A model generated the notes under the pieces. That model had not been told where the DNA came from and ran no database searches. It saw nothing but the letters and a program-made list of their open reading frames with translations. This document shows positions 49,501-62,000 of a stretch of DNA of 64,000 bases, piece by piece. Made by a program: the position numbers and the translations under genes. The stretch's first letter is position 1; every line of letters starts with the position of its first letter. The stretch is from Phoronis australis (taxonomy: Eukaryota; Animalia; Phoronida): the NCBI GenBank assembly GCA_002633005.1, contig NMRA01000473.1:61537-125536 (forward strand), read 5' to 3'.

Positions 49501-50030
49501 AAATACATTTTTGCCAAAAATTGTGAACTTTTGGAATTTCATAAGAGATGGTCTCCTATGGTTCTTTTGTTTCGTTGACTGAGGTTACAACTAAGATTTA
49601 GGCCCCCGGAGTGAATGAGTGTATGAATGTGTATATTCCCTTTAAATTTAGTATATGTCTCACGCTACTTATGGATGAATAAATGTTAAAAAAAATCATC
49701 TTTATTGGCTTTGTCCTCGTATCAAATCCTTTTGACATTAGTTCGAATTGTGTTTTTTTGGAAAAATATCTGTAGGGCTTATTTTCACTCTTATAGATAT
49801 TTTTTTTGTCAAATTTGGCGCACTAGATGTCATTAATATCACAATTTGTTTAACTAAATTTCACATGTAAAAAGTAGAGTAAAAAGTTTATCCACAGTTT
49901 AATTCTAGAAAATTTTGTTTTTTATAAAAACTGTAAATTTAATGAATTTGAAAATAGATGGTCACTTGTAGATTAACTTTTTAGCTAAAAGTCTACACAA
50001 CTAGACATGAGAGGTTTGTATGTAGCCTGA

Positions 50031-50083
<53 letters not shown>

Positions 50084-53000
50084 GGTGTACAGTCATAACA
50101 GTCTAATACTGCACTTCTTATCAATGTGCTCTAAAGTGATTTACGGTTGTACTTTAGTAAACATTAAAAACGTAGAAAGTCTTATTTATTTTCAGCATGT
50201 TGGCGTTGCAACAGTCAAGTAAAACGGTTTTGAAAAATCTAAACGATTAACCAGTCGCTTACTTATCACTGTCACAATCACTAGACTCATAAATCCTCAA
50301 TGGTTACATGTAGGACTTGCAAAGCTTAAGTGCTTATAGGGGCGGATCCAGGATTATTTTAAAATGTAGGTCCAAGTGAACAATTTGAAAGATATAGGTC
50401 AAGGGTTAAAGGTTGGTCCGGATCCCAACGGATCCGGCTTACGACAATCGTTTACCTTGTTTTGTAACTACATTGTCAGCACCTTGCTTTATAACGCCAG
50501 ATCTCACAATCGTCAATTCAATATCCCGAAAACGAGAACATAGAAGAAAAACTACTTTAATTGAAAGTTTCGAAGATCCACAAACATAAGTGTGACATGA
50601 AAGCGTCAGTGTGCCATGTCCACCAACACGCGAGTTTTCTGCACAAACTTGTGCCATACTTGCGCTTCTCTAATGTTCCGCGGGAAAGTGAAAAGAGCCA
50701 CTGCATGGTCAAATACTAAGTTGTCACAATCGTTACAAACAAAGCGCCTCGCCAGTATTCATTATACCCTAAACTACGAGCTGTATATTCAACAAACTTT
50801 CACACTAAGCACAGTGAAGAATGTCTAGTTCTACGATTGGTAGTCCCCATGTACTGGCTACATGTATTCATATTCTGAAAGTTTAGTGGATATCCGTGAC
50901 ATCATACCTTGGAAACCAGAGTGACCATAGAAACAAACCGTGAACACAACAGACACTGGTAGCAACACTAACTCCTACTTTTAAATTTTACGTCTACCTT
51001 TTTCGGGGCATGGTTCATAAGTAACGTCATCCAAAGGTGGCACTGTAGTCGTAGTAGTCGATGTTGTCGTTTTTGCTGTTGAAGTCGTGGTGGCCCTAGC
51101 TACAAAAAGAAATGCAACGATATGCTTTGTTAAGTAGCGATTGCTTACAAATAGATCATATTTACAAAGTATTTATAAATGTAAGAAAGCCCAATTTGAT
51201 TATTAACACTATTATTTCGTGCATTGTAAACAGCTGCGACTGTTGATGTTGCGGCAACAGGTTACTACTTCTGGTTTACTTAAGCGTTCCGCAGACCAAC
51301 TTTCTCCAGAGAAAAACAAGATCTTGCTCGAGACCCTACTAGCGTAACCTACCAAAATGGCGGCCACGGAAGTGATTTGCAATCGGAGGTTGAAATGTTT
51401 ACATTCATAATACATGGCGCAGAATTAAATCGACTTCCACTGAACTTTTCTTGTTCCGATTTATGAAACAAATACTGTATTCTAAGAAATCAATGTCCTA
51501 AACTAATGACAGACTTTTACGTGGGTAAGACGCAAATTCAGCCACGTCCAATTTAACAGTTTGAAAAACATTTTGGTAGACCACGCAATCAATACCCAAC
51601 GAGACGATTGTTCATACGAACTTGCTTGAAAGCACTTTATCTTCTTTGTCTGTCCACTGGCGTCACGAATGTAATAATATCCTTCAATGCGGACAAGTTG
51701 ATCCCATAACTGGCCACAAGACGACGCAAGTTTCTTATAATAGTCTGCAATGTAGCACGAAAATGACTGTGAGCACTAGTTGAAGGTACATGTAGGCTTC
51801 ATTTCAAGCACAAAATTAGAATAATTTGACAACGCAACTTGTCCTTGCGACTTCGTAAATATTAAGTTAACTTCTGGAAAGCTTATGCATGGACCAACAG
51901 CCAATGATTATCGTATTTTCAAGTACTGGCTCCCGCCCCCTATTTTGCGTTGAGAAACAGTGATTGGCAACTTAGCACGAACATACCTAAGGCGAATACC
52001 GAACCATAATTCATTGTTTCGTTACCACACGGTTGGTGGGGAGCTGATTCGCAGGTATCCAGGCAGTCTGAATACTTCTCCAAGTTGACCCAGTTGGTTA
52101 AATTGTGTTCGCAGTGGCAACGACGACCGGAAACCGCGGCATATATGTAATCTAGTCCCCGACAGAATTCTATGCAGGCAGTGGCTGTCATGTCTTCATT
52201 CGAGATTGTTGATTCTCCAGATATATTGAAACATCCCACATAACCTGGTAAAGCAAAATGTATTCCATAACTAAACTTTGTGCACTAATATAACACCACT
52301 GGCGAAGAAGTGGGTGGAATGTGAAAACTTTTGATGACGAACACGGGGAAAGACAGAAAGATGACATACCGGTGAGCATGTGATTTGGGACGAGGATCAA
52401 GGGAAAAGGCAGAACGGTGAAGACATATGGGGGTTGTAAGGAGGGATTACACCCGCGGCGAGGAGAGATTTCCGTACCTTCCATAGCCGCTTTTTACAAT
52501 AACTACGGTTCAACGAAGCCTTTCAATTAAACTAGGCTAAGCTCTAATTTCTCTACTGTATTTTCAATTTGATTTTAGGTGAGTTTAAAAAGTATTGGCC
52601 ATAGACAGATAAGGTTCTGAACCATGCTGGGAATTTAACGCAGCTGTTGAAAGTGACCTATGATATGGGAAATAACTTACCCGCGTGTTTCTCACAGATA
52701 GGTCGAACTGGCCTTAACGTGAGCTTTTTGTGATACTGTACTTCGGACAAGATGGATCCGTAAAAATCCTCTAAATCTCCATCTTCGTGGAGCGACCCGT
52801 CACTGGATATCAAATGCCTAGAAGGATCGACGAAACCAATGTTCTGTTTTTCATTGGGCTCACGAAGCCACAAGACGTGTTCAATGAGATCCGATAAAAA
52901 CGACTTTTCACTCAAGTCATTCACAGATGTCAGGAGACCATTTTTGGACAAACAAGTTTCTTTAGCACTGAGTACGTTCGTAAAATGCTTGTTGTCACTA

Positions 53001-56000
53001 AAACTATAACAGTGTCCGTTGAATCCAAACCATCGAGAGTTTTCACACGCTGTGTAATCTATAAATAAAGACCACTTGTATGTCTATCGGAATAACCATG
53101 GAAATTGTTTGGAGCTCTCAATTTACTAATAGTGATGTACTACAAAAATAGAAGCAGCTTTTGGGAATATTTTTTTCATTTTGCTCTAGCATGATAATTA
53201 CATGTCATATAAAACAATACAGTATACATCATTTACAAAGAACAACACTAGTCATCAAGTATCGTATTTTCTTCAGGATGTGATTTAAAAAAGTTTATGA
53301 ACAGTTGGAAATTGAGATTTTTTAACACACTTTTGGTTAAATATGTATTTTTTGCTAGCATGACCAACAAATTAATGTCACAATTTTCCGACTGAGTGTT
53401 TCCCAAAAAATCAAAGAAAAGACACCGTTATTTTGTTCACATGTAAATTTACATATGTTTGTTTTAACCACTCAGCAAACAAGATCCGGAAACTGGAGAC
53501 AAGACGACATTCCCAAAACAAATGGAGAAAAGTTTCACTGCTTTCACCACAGAAAGAACATAAATCACTTGTTTTTATTTTAATTTTATGCAAATAATTA
53601 TTGGTTGGCAATATTCTGTGAATTAAACGGCATTGAAACCAACGAAATTTTGTATCTTTTGGGGAGTTTATTTGCTTTCCTCCATCATGTATCAGTCACT
53701 AAAATTTACTTTATTTATAACAACGTTTATATCTATCTCATATGACCACTTGTTTTTATATTTACAAGCATTCTGAAGTGGCTTTATTTACTAAGGTGTC
53801 ACAAATATTTACCGCTTGTGATTTATTATGCAAAATTTTATAAATATAACTTATTAGAACATTTGGTAAAAAGACATTGTCTCTCTTCTTAAGAACCCTA
53901 TACGCTGCAATAGTTATACTTCTTAATCCATAGAATTCTAATATTGGAAGTTGAAAGTTATAACTGTTACAGAGTTCTTCGTATGACATAAAAGAACCTT
54001 CAGCATTAAACAAGACACACACATGATAGACTCCTCTTTCATACCAGTTCTTGTAGAAAATAGATTTTCTACCGACTTAATCTTTGAATTATATCACAGG
54101 GGAGAGTAAATAATATTTTCATTTTTGTTACACATTTGAAACAGAAGCACAACATCGCTTAAAACTTCCTTCCAGAACAGATTGTCGGTTCCTTCAGCTA
54201 TTTTTCTAAGGAAAGCGTTTCCCATTTTAAAAAAATTATCAACTTTAAAACCCAAAACTGCCTCTGCAATGTCACGTATGGTATTTGACGTGAATAGTTT
54301 ACGAAGCCACGATATTTTCAAAGACTTAATAAAAAAACTAACATAAACCATTTTAAACCACCATGATCCTGATTGTCAATTTCATTTCGGCTAACTCTGT
54401 CATTCTTCCCATTCCAAATGAAGCCAAAGAAAAACTCGCTCTAAGTCTTGAATCACGTCAATGGAGGGGCTAGGGAGGGATTGAAGCAAATGAACAAACT
54501 TGGGCCATAAAAGTGTCTTAACAGGGGCGGATCCGGGATTTTGAGCTGGGGGGGCAGGGCACTGGAATAACCAGAATTTCGCCACATCTGCGCGCCCAGC
54601 CTAAAACGTAGGGATGCAGGGGTCTCAAATTTTTGGGTTTGTGGACCTTATTACTAATAAAAGGTAAACGGGGTTTCTTCGAGGCCTGTGCATTGTGCAC
54701 TTGCCCCCCGAACACCCTGGGTGCGCGCATGTGCTACTCAACAATTCGCACCCCGTACTTCCAAATGGTATCTGGGAGAATTTTAGGGGGGGGGGAGCCT
54801 TGGCACCCNCCCCCTACATCCGTCGCTGCTTAACCACGGTTATTTTACCTAAAACAATAAGAATTCTTCTTGACCAAGAGCCCACCATTTTCTTAACTTC
54901 CAAAAGCCTGCCACCATAGTTAATACCTGACATTGCATTATAATTAGTGAAGAAGTTAATTCCCAAAAATCATGAAAGGTTTGTTAGTAAACGTGTCAGC
55001 TTTTGGGGATATTTAGACACCAAAGTACTCGTTCAGAGGTGCTGTAAATCTGACTTCGAAAAAGTTGTACTGTTGATTTACACTACTTGCTAATAAAGTT
55101 GGTTTCAACTTGTTCCTAACTCAAAAAGAGGTGATAGATCGTTATCGATTGAGGCCAGGTTCAATAAAATAGTTGTCGTGGCGGGTGAGTTTATGCACCC
55201 AGCATGGTCTCAAACAATTCAAAAATCTTTCCAAACTCGGAAACCGTTTCCTGTTTGAAACTACGACCTTTTTGCTACAATACTAAACTCAAAATAAGTT
55301 ATTGGTTAGGATATATCAAGCTGTAACAAAATGACTCCTTAAATTGTAGGCGATGAATAAAAGTTACAACAATTATAAAGGTCAAATGTCTGGTCATCTT
55401 GATTCCATGCATAGAAATTCAACTGAAAATGCGCATTTTTGGTTGCTAAGTGTCATATACTTGTTGTAATTGCTCAGTAATGGAAAATATAAGCAGTGAC
55501 TGAAAGTTTTTAATTGTCAGTAGAGACATTTTGTTTACAGTTTCTTTGCTCTCAGACCGTCTCACAGTAGCTGAGCTAAGGCGTACTGCACTAAAAACGC
55601 AGGGCCAATGTCTTTTGGTCACATTACGTCTTAGATGGGGAACGCTCTAGCCGTTAAAAGTAGTATATCACAATTGAATTTCTTTAGAATTCGAAGTTCT
55701 TTTACCATTGAATAGTATAATGCTTGTAATGTATCTTGAATGCGCCTGGCTTCAGGAAGGCATGCGACTTACTGACCGCTAGCAGAAATCAGATACTTTC
55801 AAATACGGACAGCTGACCCCGACATAACTGGAATAGGACTCAATTACTGCCCCCAACGTACCTAATGGCTTCTAGTCCACTCACCGTCTTTTGGGGTCAG
55901 CGATTCCTTTTTAGAACAAAAATTGTCAATTTTACAACCAAAAACGCATTTTATGGTTATTGTTGGATGGAATAGACATTTCTTTTAACCAGAGCTTTAA

Positions 56001-59000
56001 AAACAAAGCAAAATACATTGTGTTTTTGGGCGCCGTTGACTGAAATCAAGATCCGGTGACTTCAGCATTTAAATGCGCTTAAAATTGTATGCCATATATT
56101 GAGTGGGCTCTAACTCAGTAGAGTATTAAAAGGGAACTGTAATTTATTCTGAATAAATTCTGGATAGTTTTCTATGAATTGTTGATTAATTTCACAAATA
56201 ATTCAACACCAAAAATTAAACTTATATTCTCTAACGAAGCTAAAAAAATTACCGGCTTGGAGCGCTGCTTAGTCTCGTGACGTATTTGGCGGGGGCAAAG
56301 TCACTGTCCTGTGTTAGCGTGCAATCGAGTAGCGTTTTTCATATTGTCGGAATAAGAAATTTTAGTGTGAAATGTCGGGTCACCAGGGATACCTGTTTGA
56401 GCCGAGGCAACACAAAGTGATACCCAGTCATCGTCATCGTCAGACGAAAATTTGCCGGTGCAACTGGTGTCAGTGACTGTGCCGAGGGCAATGTGGACTC
56501 TAGCCATCCAGTCAGCCAGCTGTCAGCCAATACTCCGGCAGCTCTGTAAACTTGAAGGGTTGGTAAGTTACCTACTGTAGCTGTATGAAGACTATCGTAC
56601 CACTGTGTGTTGAGCTCCGTTAACCCCGAAATTTCAGACAGCCGTTGACTACCCGGGTATAGTTGACTCAGTTATGCTCGTCACCTCGTCGTAAAACTTA
56701 GGCTACATCAACATATAAAGCTAACGGACCGGCGGGGGCGCATGCAAAATCTGGTATAGTCACCCGACACTCCCATTGTTCGTTGCAGCCGTTTAAATGG
56801 AAAACAATCAAATAAACGTCATTTGGTAGCATAATTTGCCGCCTTTTTAACAAAGAAGTGTGTCGTCCGTTTCAAGAACAGCACGCTCGTGACACGGCGC
56901 ACGCGCCATTTCATAAAAATTTGAGACGTCTTTCGGGACATGATAACAGCTTCGCAGCACCAAGGTTGTTCTAAAATTCGGTTTGCTGATGTAAAAATAC
57001 TAAAAACTTGAAACAAAATGAAACAAGCTCCGATAATTTGTTATAACATGTACGCAACCTAGGTACCGTCAGCGACGAACACTTGATAAAAGAATCAGGG
57101 GGAAAAGAAACTGGTAAAGGTCAGGTGACGTAATCGCAAAAAGCCGAGAACACATCACAATTTTACTAGCAGCAGCCGATGAACGATCGCTAACATTTCC
57201 AACACCGGTAAATACAGAAGTTAGTTTACTCTAGGAACCTGGTTCCTAGATTTACTCAAGGATGACTTAGTTTTAATGACATTTATTGAGTCAGATTTTA
57301 TTTGTACATTTTTACCCATATCGGCTAAAACCTGTAGGCCCATATCTACACTGAGCTTTGGGCCAATAACCCGGCGATGGTATGCGATGACCATCCCTTT
57401 AGAAGACGCCTTTTTCGAAGAGTTTGAGCAACCAGGTGCCATACAAAAAGGCATAGCGAACCTTTTACAGCACTGTGGCAAACAATAAAAAATAAGGACG
57501 ATTGATACAATGAAAAATTACGATGTAAACTCTTCAAATATGACATAAGCAATGAATGTGTAAAGCAGCCGATACCCCGCCGTTCACGTCACTGACGCAT
57601 CAGCCAATCAGCGATCGCTTTCAGAATTCAGTGTTTTGACCATGAATTCGAATTGGCTTTAGTTTGGCACGCAAGTCAGGCAAATGTGAGTTTTATTTGT
57701 ATGTTAGAACCGATTAACTGCAACATTATTTTGACTACAGTCCCCTTTTAAGCTGCAAACGTGGCGGGATGAAGGCTAGATTCCACGTTATGACTGATTT
57801 CAGACAATCACTTATCTCGCCTATAATAAGGTCACGGATGCCTTTCTCATGCGCGAAATTTTCGCCTCAGAGGTGTTCGAAGTTGTGTTTGAATGTGACA
57901 AATTTCTATACAATGTAAATAAATTGCAGATTCTCTTTGTGTAACTTGCAAAAATAAAGTTACAATCCGTATAAAGCGTAAATAGTAGCACAAGTACCAT
58001 GATTTGTAATGCACAGAAATGTGGTTGTGAATCACACAAGGTTTGCTTTATAGTCCTGTACGATGATGAAGGATTTACATGAAATTCAAAATATTACCTG
58101 AAATACCACATACTTGGCTGGCCTTTACATCGTTTGATATGGTTAAATATCTAAATTGCAGATAAATCGAATTTTCATATAAGACTGTGCAAGATTCTGC
58201 AAGTTGGAGTTCATCATCTGTAATAAATTTAAAGTCTATGACGTAGGCAAGAAACACACAGAACACACAATGGTTAACGAAGTACAATTCCTGCGCAGGA
58301 AGTTCTGAGAGTACTTAACGAGAATCATCTGACCACATGACGCAGGTGACTGAAGTGGCATTTAACCACCGTTCGCTTAGTGAGTATGAAGCGCCAAAGG
58401 GTTCTGAAACGAGTACCTTTTGCGCGTAGAAATATGCTTAATCAACAGGTAGTTTTGCTTAATCAACGAGTACTTTTGCTTAATGAACGCGTTATTAAAC
58501 GATCATCGTTTTACTCTTATTCAACACGTAGTTTTGTTTAAGCAATGCTTAGTTTTAATCGGTCACGGTTCATTTTGACCAATCAAGCCCGTACTCTCAG
58601 ATTTCAAAATAGCGAAGACTTTCTACATGGGTGCAAGCCAACCTTTGAAGAATGTTGCAGATCCTTATCAAGTGATAAATGATGACTTCGTTACAAACTG
58701 AATGTAAACTTCTCTTTGACTGGACCTAACGAGTAACTAATTCAGCGCGTTGATTTGGTAAAACTACGCGTTGAATAAGAGCAGATGTACGATCGTTTAA
58801 GAAGTAAAACTACGCGTTGATTGAGGAAAAGTACCGATTGATTAAGCAAAAGTACGCGTTGATTAAGAAGCCTTTGGCGCTAAACGTCCAAATCCGGTTC
58901 AAGTATACATTTAACTTAGTAAACTTTAATTTCAATGAATTGTAAAGTAAGGCTAAGGAAGCCCAGAACTTTGTCCTTGCTTATGTTGATCTGGGAGAAT

Positions 59001-62000
59001 AAAAAAGTATATAAGAAAAAAACATGGTGGAATGCTGTAATCAAGCGACTGTAGCCATTGAGACGTTGCTTATATAAATGGAACTTGCAAAGACACAAGA
59101 TGAAAGTTTGAATTGTCTTCTACATCTGTTTCCAAAGAAAACTGTGAGTACATTTTTACCCAGGGAGATATTGGCTTTTTCTAACCCAATCTTCAACATT
59201 GTTCTAAAAATTTTGAACAACATCACATTGCCAGTGTAAGTGTAGGCAATGACCATCGCCTCTGTTGGCCCGAACCAGAGGCGATGCAGTTCCTATAGGC
59301 GCTCTGTACGCCGGAAGCTTTTCGGCTAATTATGCCTCGCACCGACTAAACCATCAAAGTCACGTTGTTATAAATACCTTTTGCGCATAGAGGAACACCT
59401 TAGGAGGTTGTCGATGTGTTTAATTCCTTCCAACTCGAACAAATACTCCCGTTATCAAACTTTTTCTTCGAGCAATCCCTATTTCAGTTCCCAAAATCGT
59501 GAACTCAACATTTTCACTCGGCGCACGCCAAAAGATTCTTTTAACCAGGCCGAAGGTCAGAAGTTGCGGTCCTACCGGCGAACTTTGAAAGCTGAAGTTC
59601 CCGCCCTTTGCGTAAGTGCTGCCGGGAAACAGCCGTGCATTTGCCGTGTTGTTAAACATTAAAATGTCAAATATATGCACAAAGACTATTAAATGTCATA
59701 TCAACAGCATTTATTTTTATCAAATACAAACAATAATTCATTGAAATACAATCAGTTTCAAGTAACGCCAATTAAAGACAAGTATAAGTGGTGGCACTTT
59801 GGAAACGAACATTTGACTGACAAGACCGCAATGGCTCACCTTTAGCCTATTTAAAGATTGAGGTCATGAAGTCACATCACCTAGCGAGCGCGGTAAAAAT
59901 TGGAGCGTGCGCAGTATAAAAATGGTGAGTTCACGATTTTGGGAACTGAAATAGGGACTGCTCGAAGAAAAATTTTGATAACGGGAGTATTTGTTCGAGT
60001 TGGAAGGAATTGAACACATCGACAACCTCCTAAGGTGTTCCTCTATGCGCAAAAGGTACTTATAACAACGTGACTTTGATGGTTTAGTCGGTGCGAGGCA
60101 TAATTCGCCGAAAAGCTTCCGACGTAAAGAGCGCCCATAGGAGCTGCATCGCCTCTGGTCCGGGCCAACAGAGGCGATGGTCATTGCCTAGTGTAAGTGA
60201 AGCAAAGACTCTGTTTCACTCTTACAAAACGTACACAAGGGGGAGTTACTAACTCCAATTTTGACAAGATAGTAAGAGTTACAGCTGATAATCCTATGTC
60301 ACAGTCTAAATTGAAACCAACGAAATTTTACATCAAGTGTAAAGTTCACAGAGTAGATATTCCACCATGTTGGCATGGTAGTCACTCTGCCAGTACCGGT
60401 ATCGTACGAACACAAACAATAGTTTTCAATTCACTGATGCCGGAACCAGCATCCTTTCTGACCTGACTCCCATCCCTCAATCTGTCTCTACACCAATTTT
60501 CAACATAGCTGGCGCAGCCAGATCACTGACAAATTTTATTATCACAAAGCGACAAGTCCCGATTAGTTAAGTCGCGTGCATTTGGAGGCAATATGATGCA
60601 ATACTCTACACATCCGTCTCACTACGAGCCTCTTTTCCTGAAGCAAATTACCGTATTACCACAACAGCCAGTAAACGTCAGATCAGTGGAAGCCTTACAT
60701 ACAGTAGTCATAAACAATATAGAAAGGCTGACATACAGTGGTCGTAAACAAAATAGAAAACTCGATCGGTAAGTAAACAAGACACTCGTGCAATATTTAT
60801 TTGCTGTCCATATTTCGAATATATAGTGCTACGAGAAGGTCAATATCTCACAAAAATCTTCCGAACAACAGCCTCACAATGTTGAACGTAATACCTGTAA
60901 ATTCATTTTACCCTCCAAGCTATATGATCACGTCAACCAAAACTCGCGTCTGGAATGCACGCGGAGAGCTCTTCCTCTCTAACTCTTGCCACACACGCAC
61001 ACACTTCCTATCCACTGCTCACACGACACACAGCTTCTCAACTCATACACCACTTCAGCGCAATCCACTGTGATTGTTATGCAATACCGAGAGATAAAGC
61101 CGAAGAGCATATTAAACGGACGTCTGTTTTGACCCATTATGTTCATTTTGATTCACGGTGTCCATTTTTGCTTATTAGGTTCACATTCGCCCTCCAATCA
61201 ATTTTGATTCGTGAAGTCCGTTTTGTTGGTGACAACAAAAAAATTGTATTTCTTAAAAGTTGATTAGAACGACCGTCAATTATGCTTAAATGGACATAGC
61301 GGGGATCTTGACCCAATATGTCCATCTTGACCCATTATGACCATTTTGAGCCATTATGTTCATTTTGAGCCACTGTGCTCATTTTGACCCTTTGTGCCCA
61401 TATAAGGTCCGTGTTTGCCCTTTAAATCAATTTTCGTAAGTTAAGTTGGCCTTGGACACTTAGCTTAGTGATAAAAATAATCTATGTTTCATAGAGATGT
61501 ATTAGAACGGTCATCAACTTCGCTCGTTATATACGGTGAAATGGACATAATAGGTCAAGACCCCCTTACCCAATGTCCCCACAAACGACGTTCCAATATT
61601 CCAGTATGGATTAAATCAGTTAGCTGTAAAAGGTGTGCTGTACATTTAACAGGTAACTATACACCCATGCAGACTGACTTTTCATGGACTCAGTCATCAG
61701 CATATTAAATGTATGTATCAGGATTTAAGCTAGCAGAGAACATTGAAAATAACTGGCTGGATATATGACAACGTATTGTTTCTTGGCCTGAAACTACCAA
61801 CCTTGTCAAACGATTAGAACGAACAGCCATGGTTAACGATATACATTGGCTTTTTCAAAACACAGTATGACGTCATTATTCACGTAAGACTAGTTGGGTT
61901 TAGTCACTTTGACCAAGACAGCCTCATTTGAGTAGTCAAGCAGGAAACCTGGCAGATGAGATGCATTTGGAAGCGAGAAATTGAATACCAACACGTACCC

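Noticed and set aside
48231-49578. Intact host protein-coding gene
   Set aside because: A frameshifted, 5'-truncated LINE ORF2 fragment with polyA tail and TSD.
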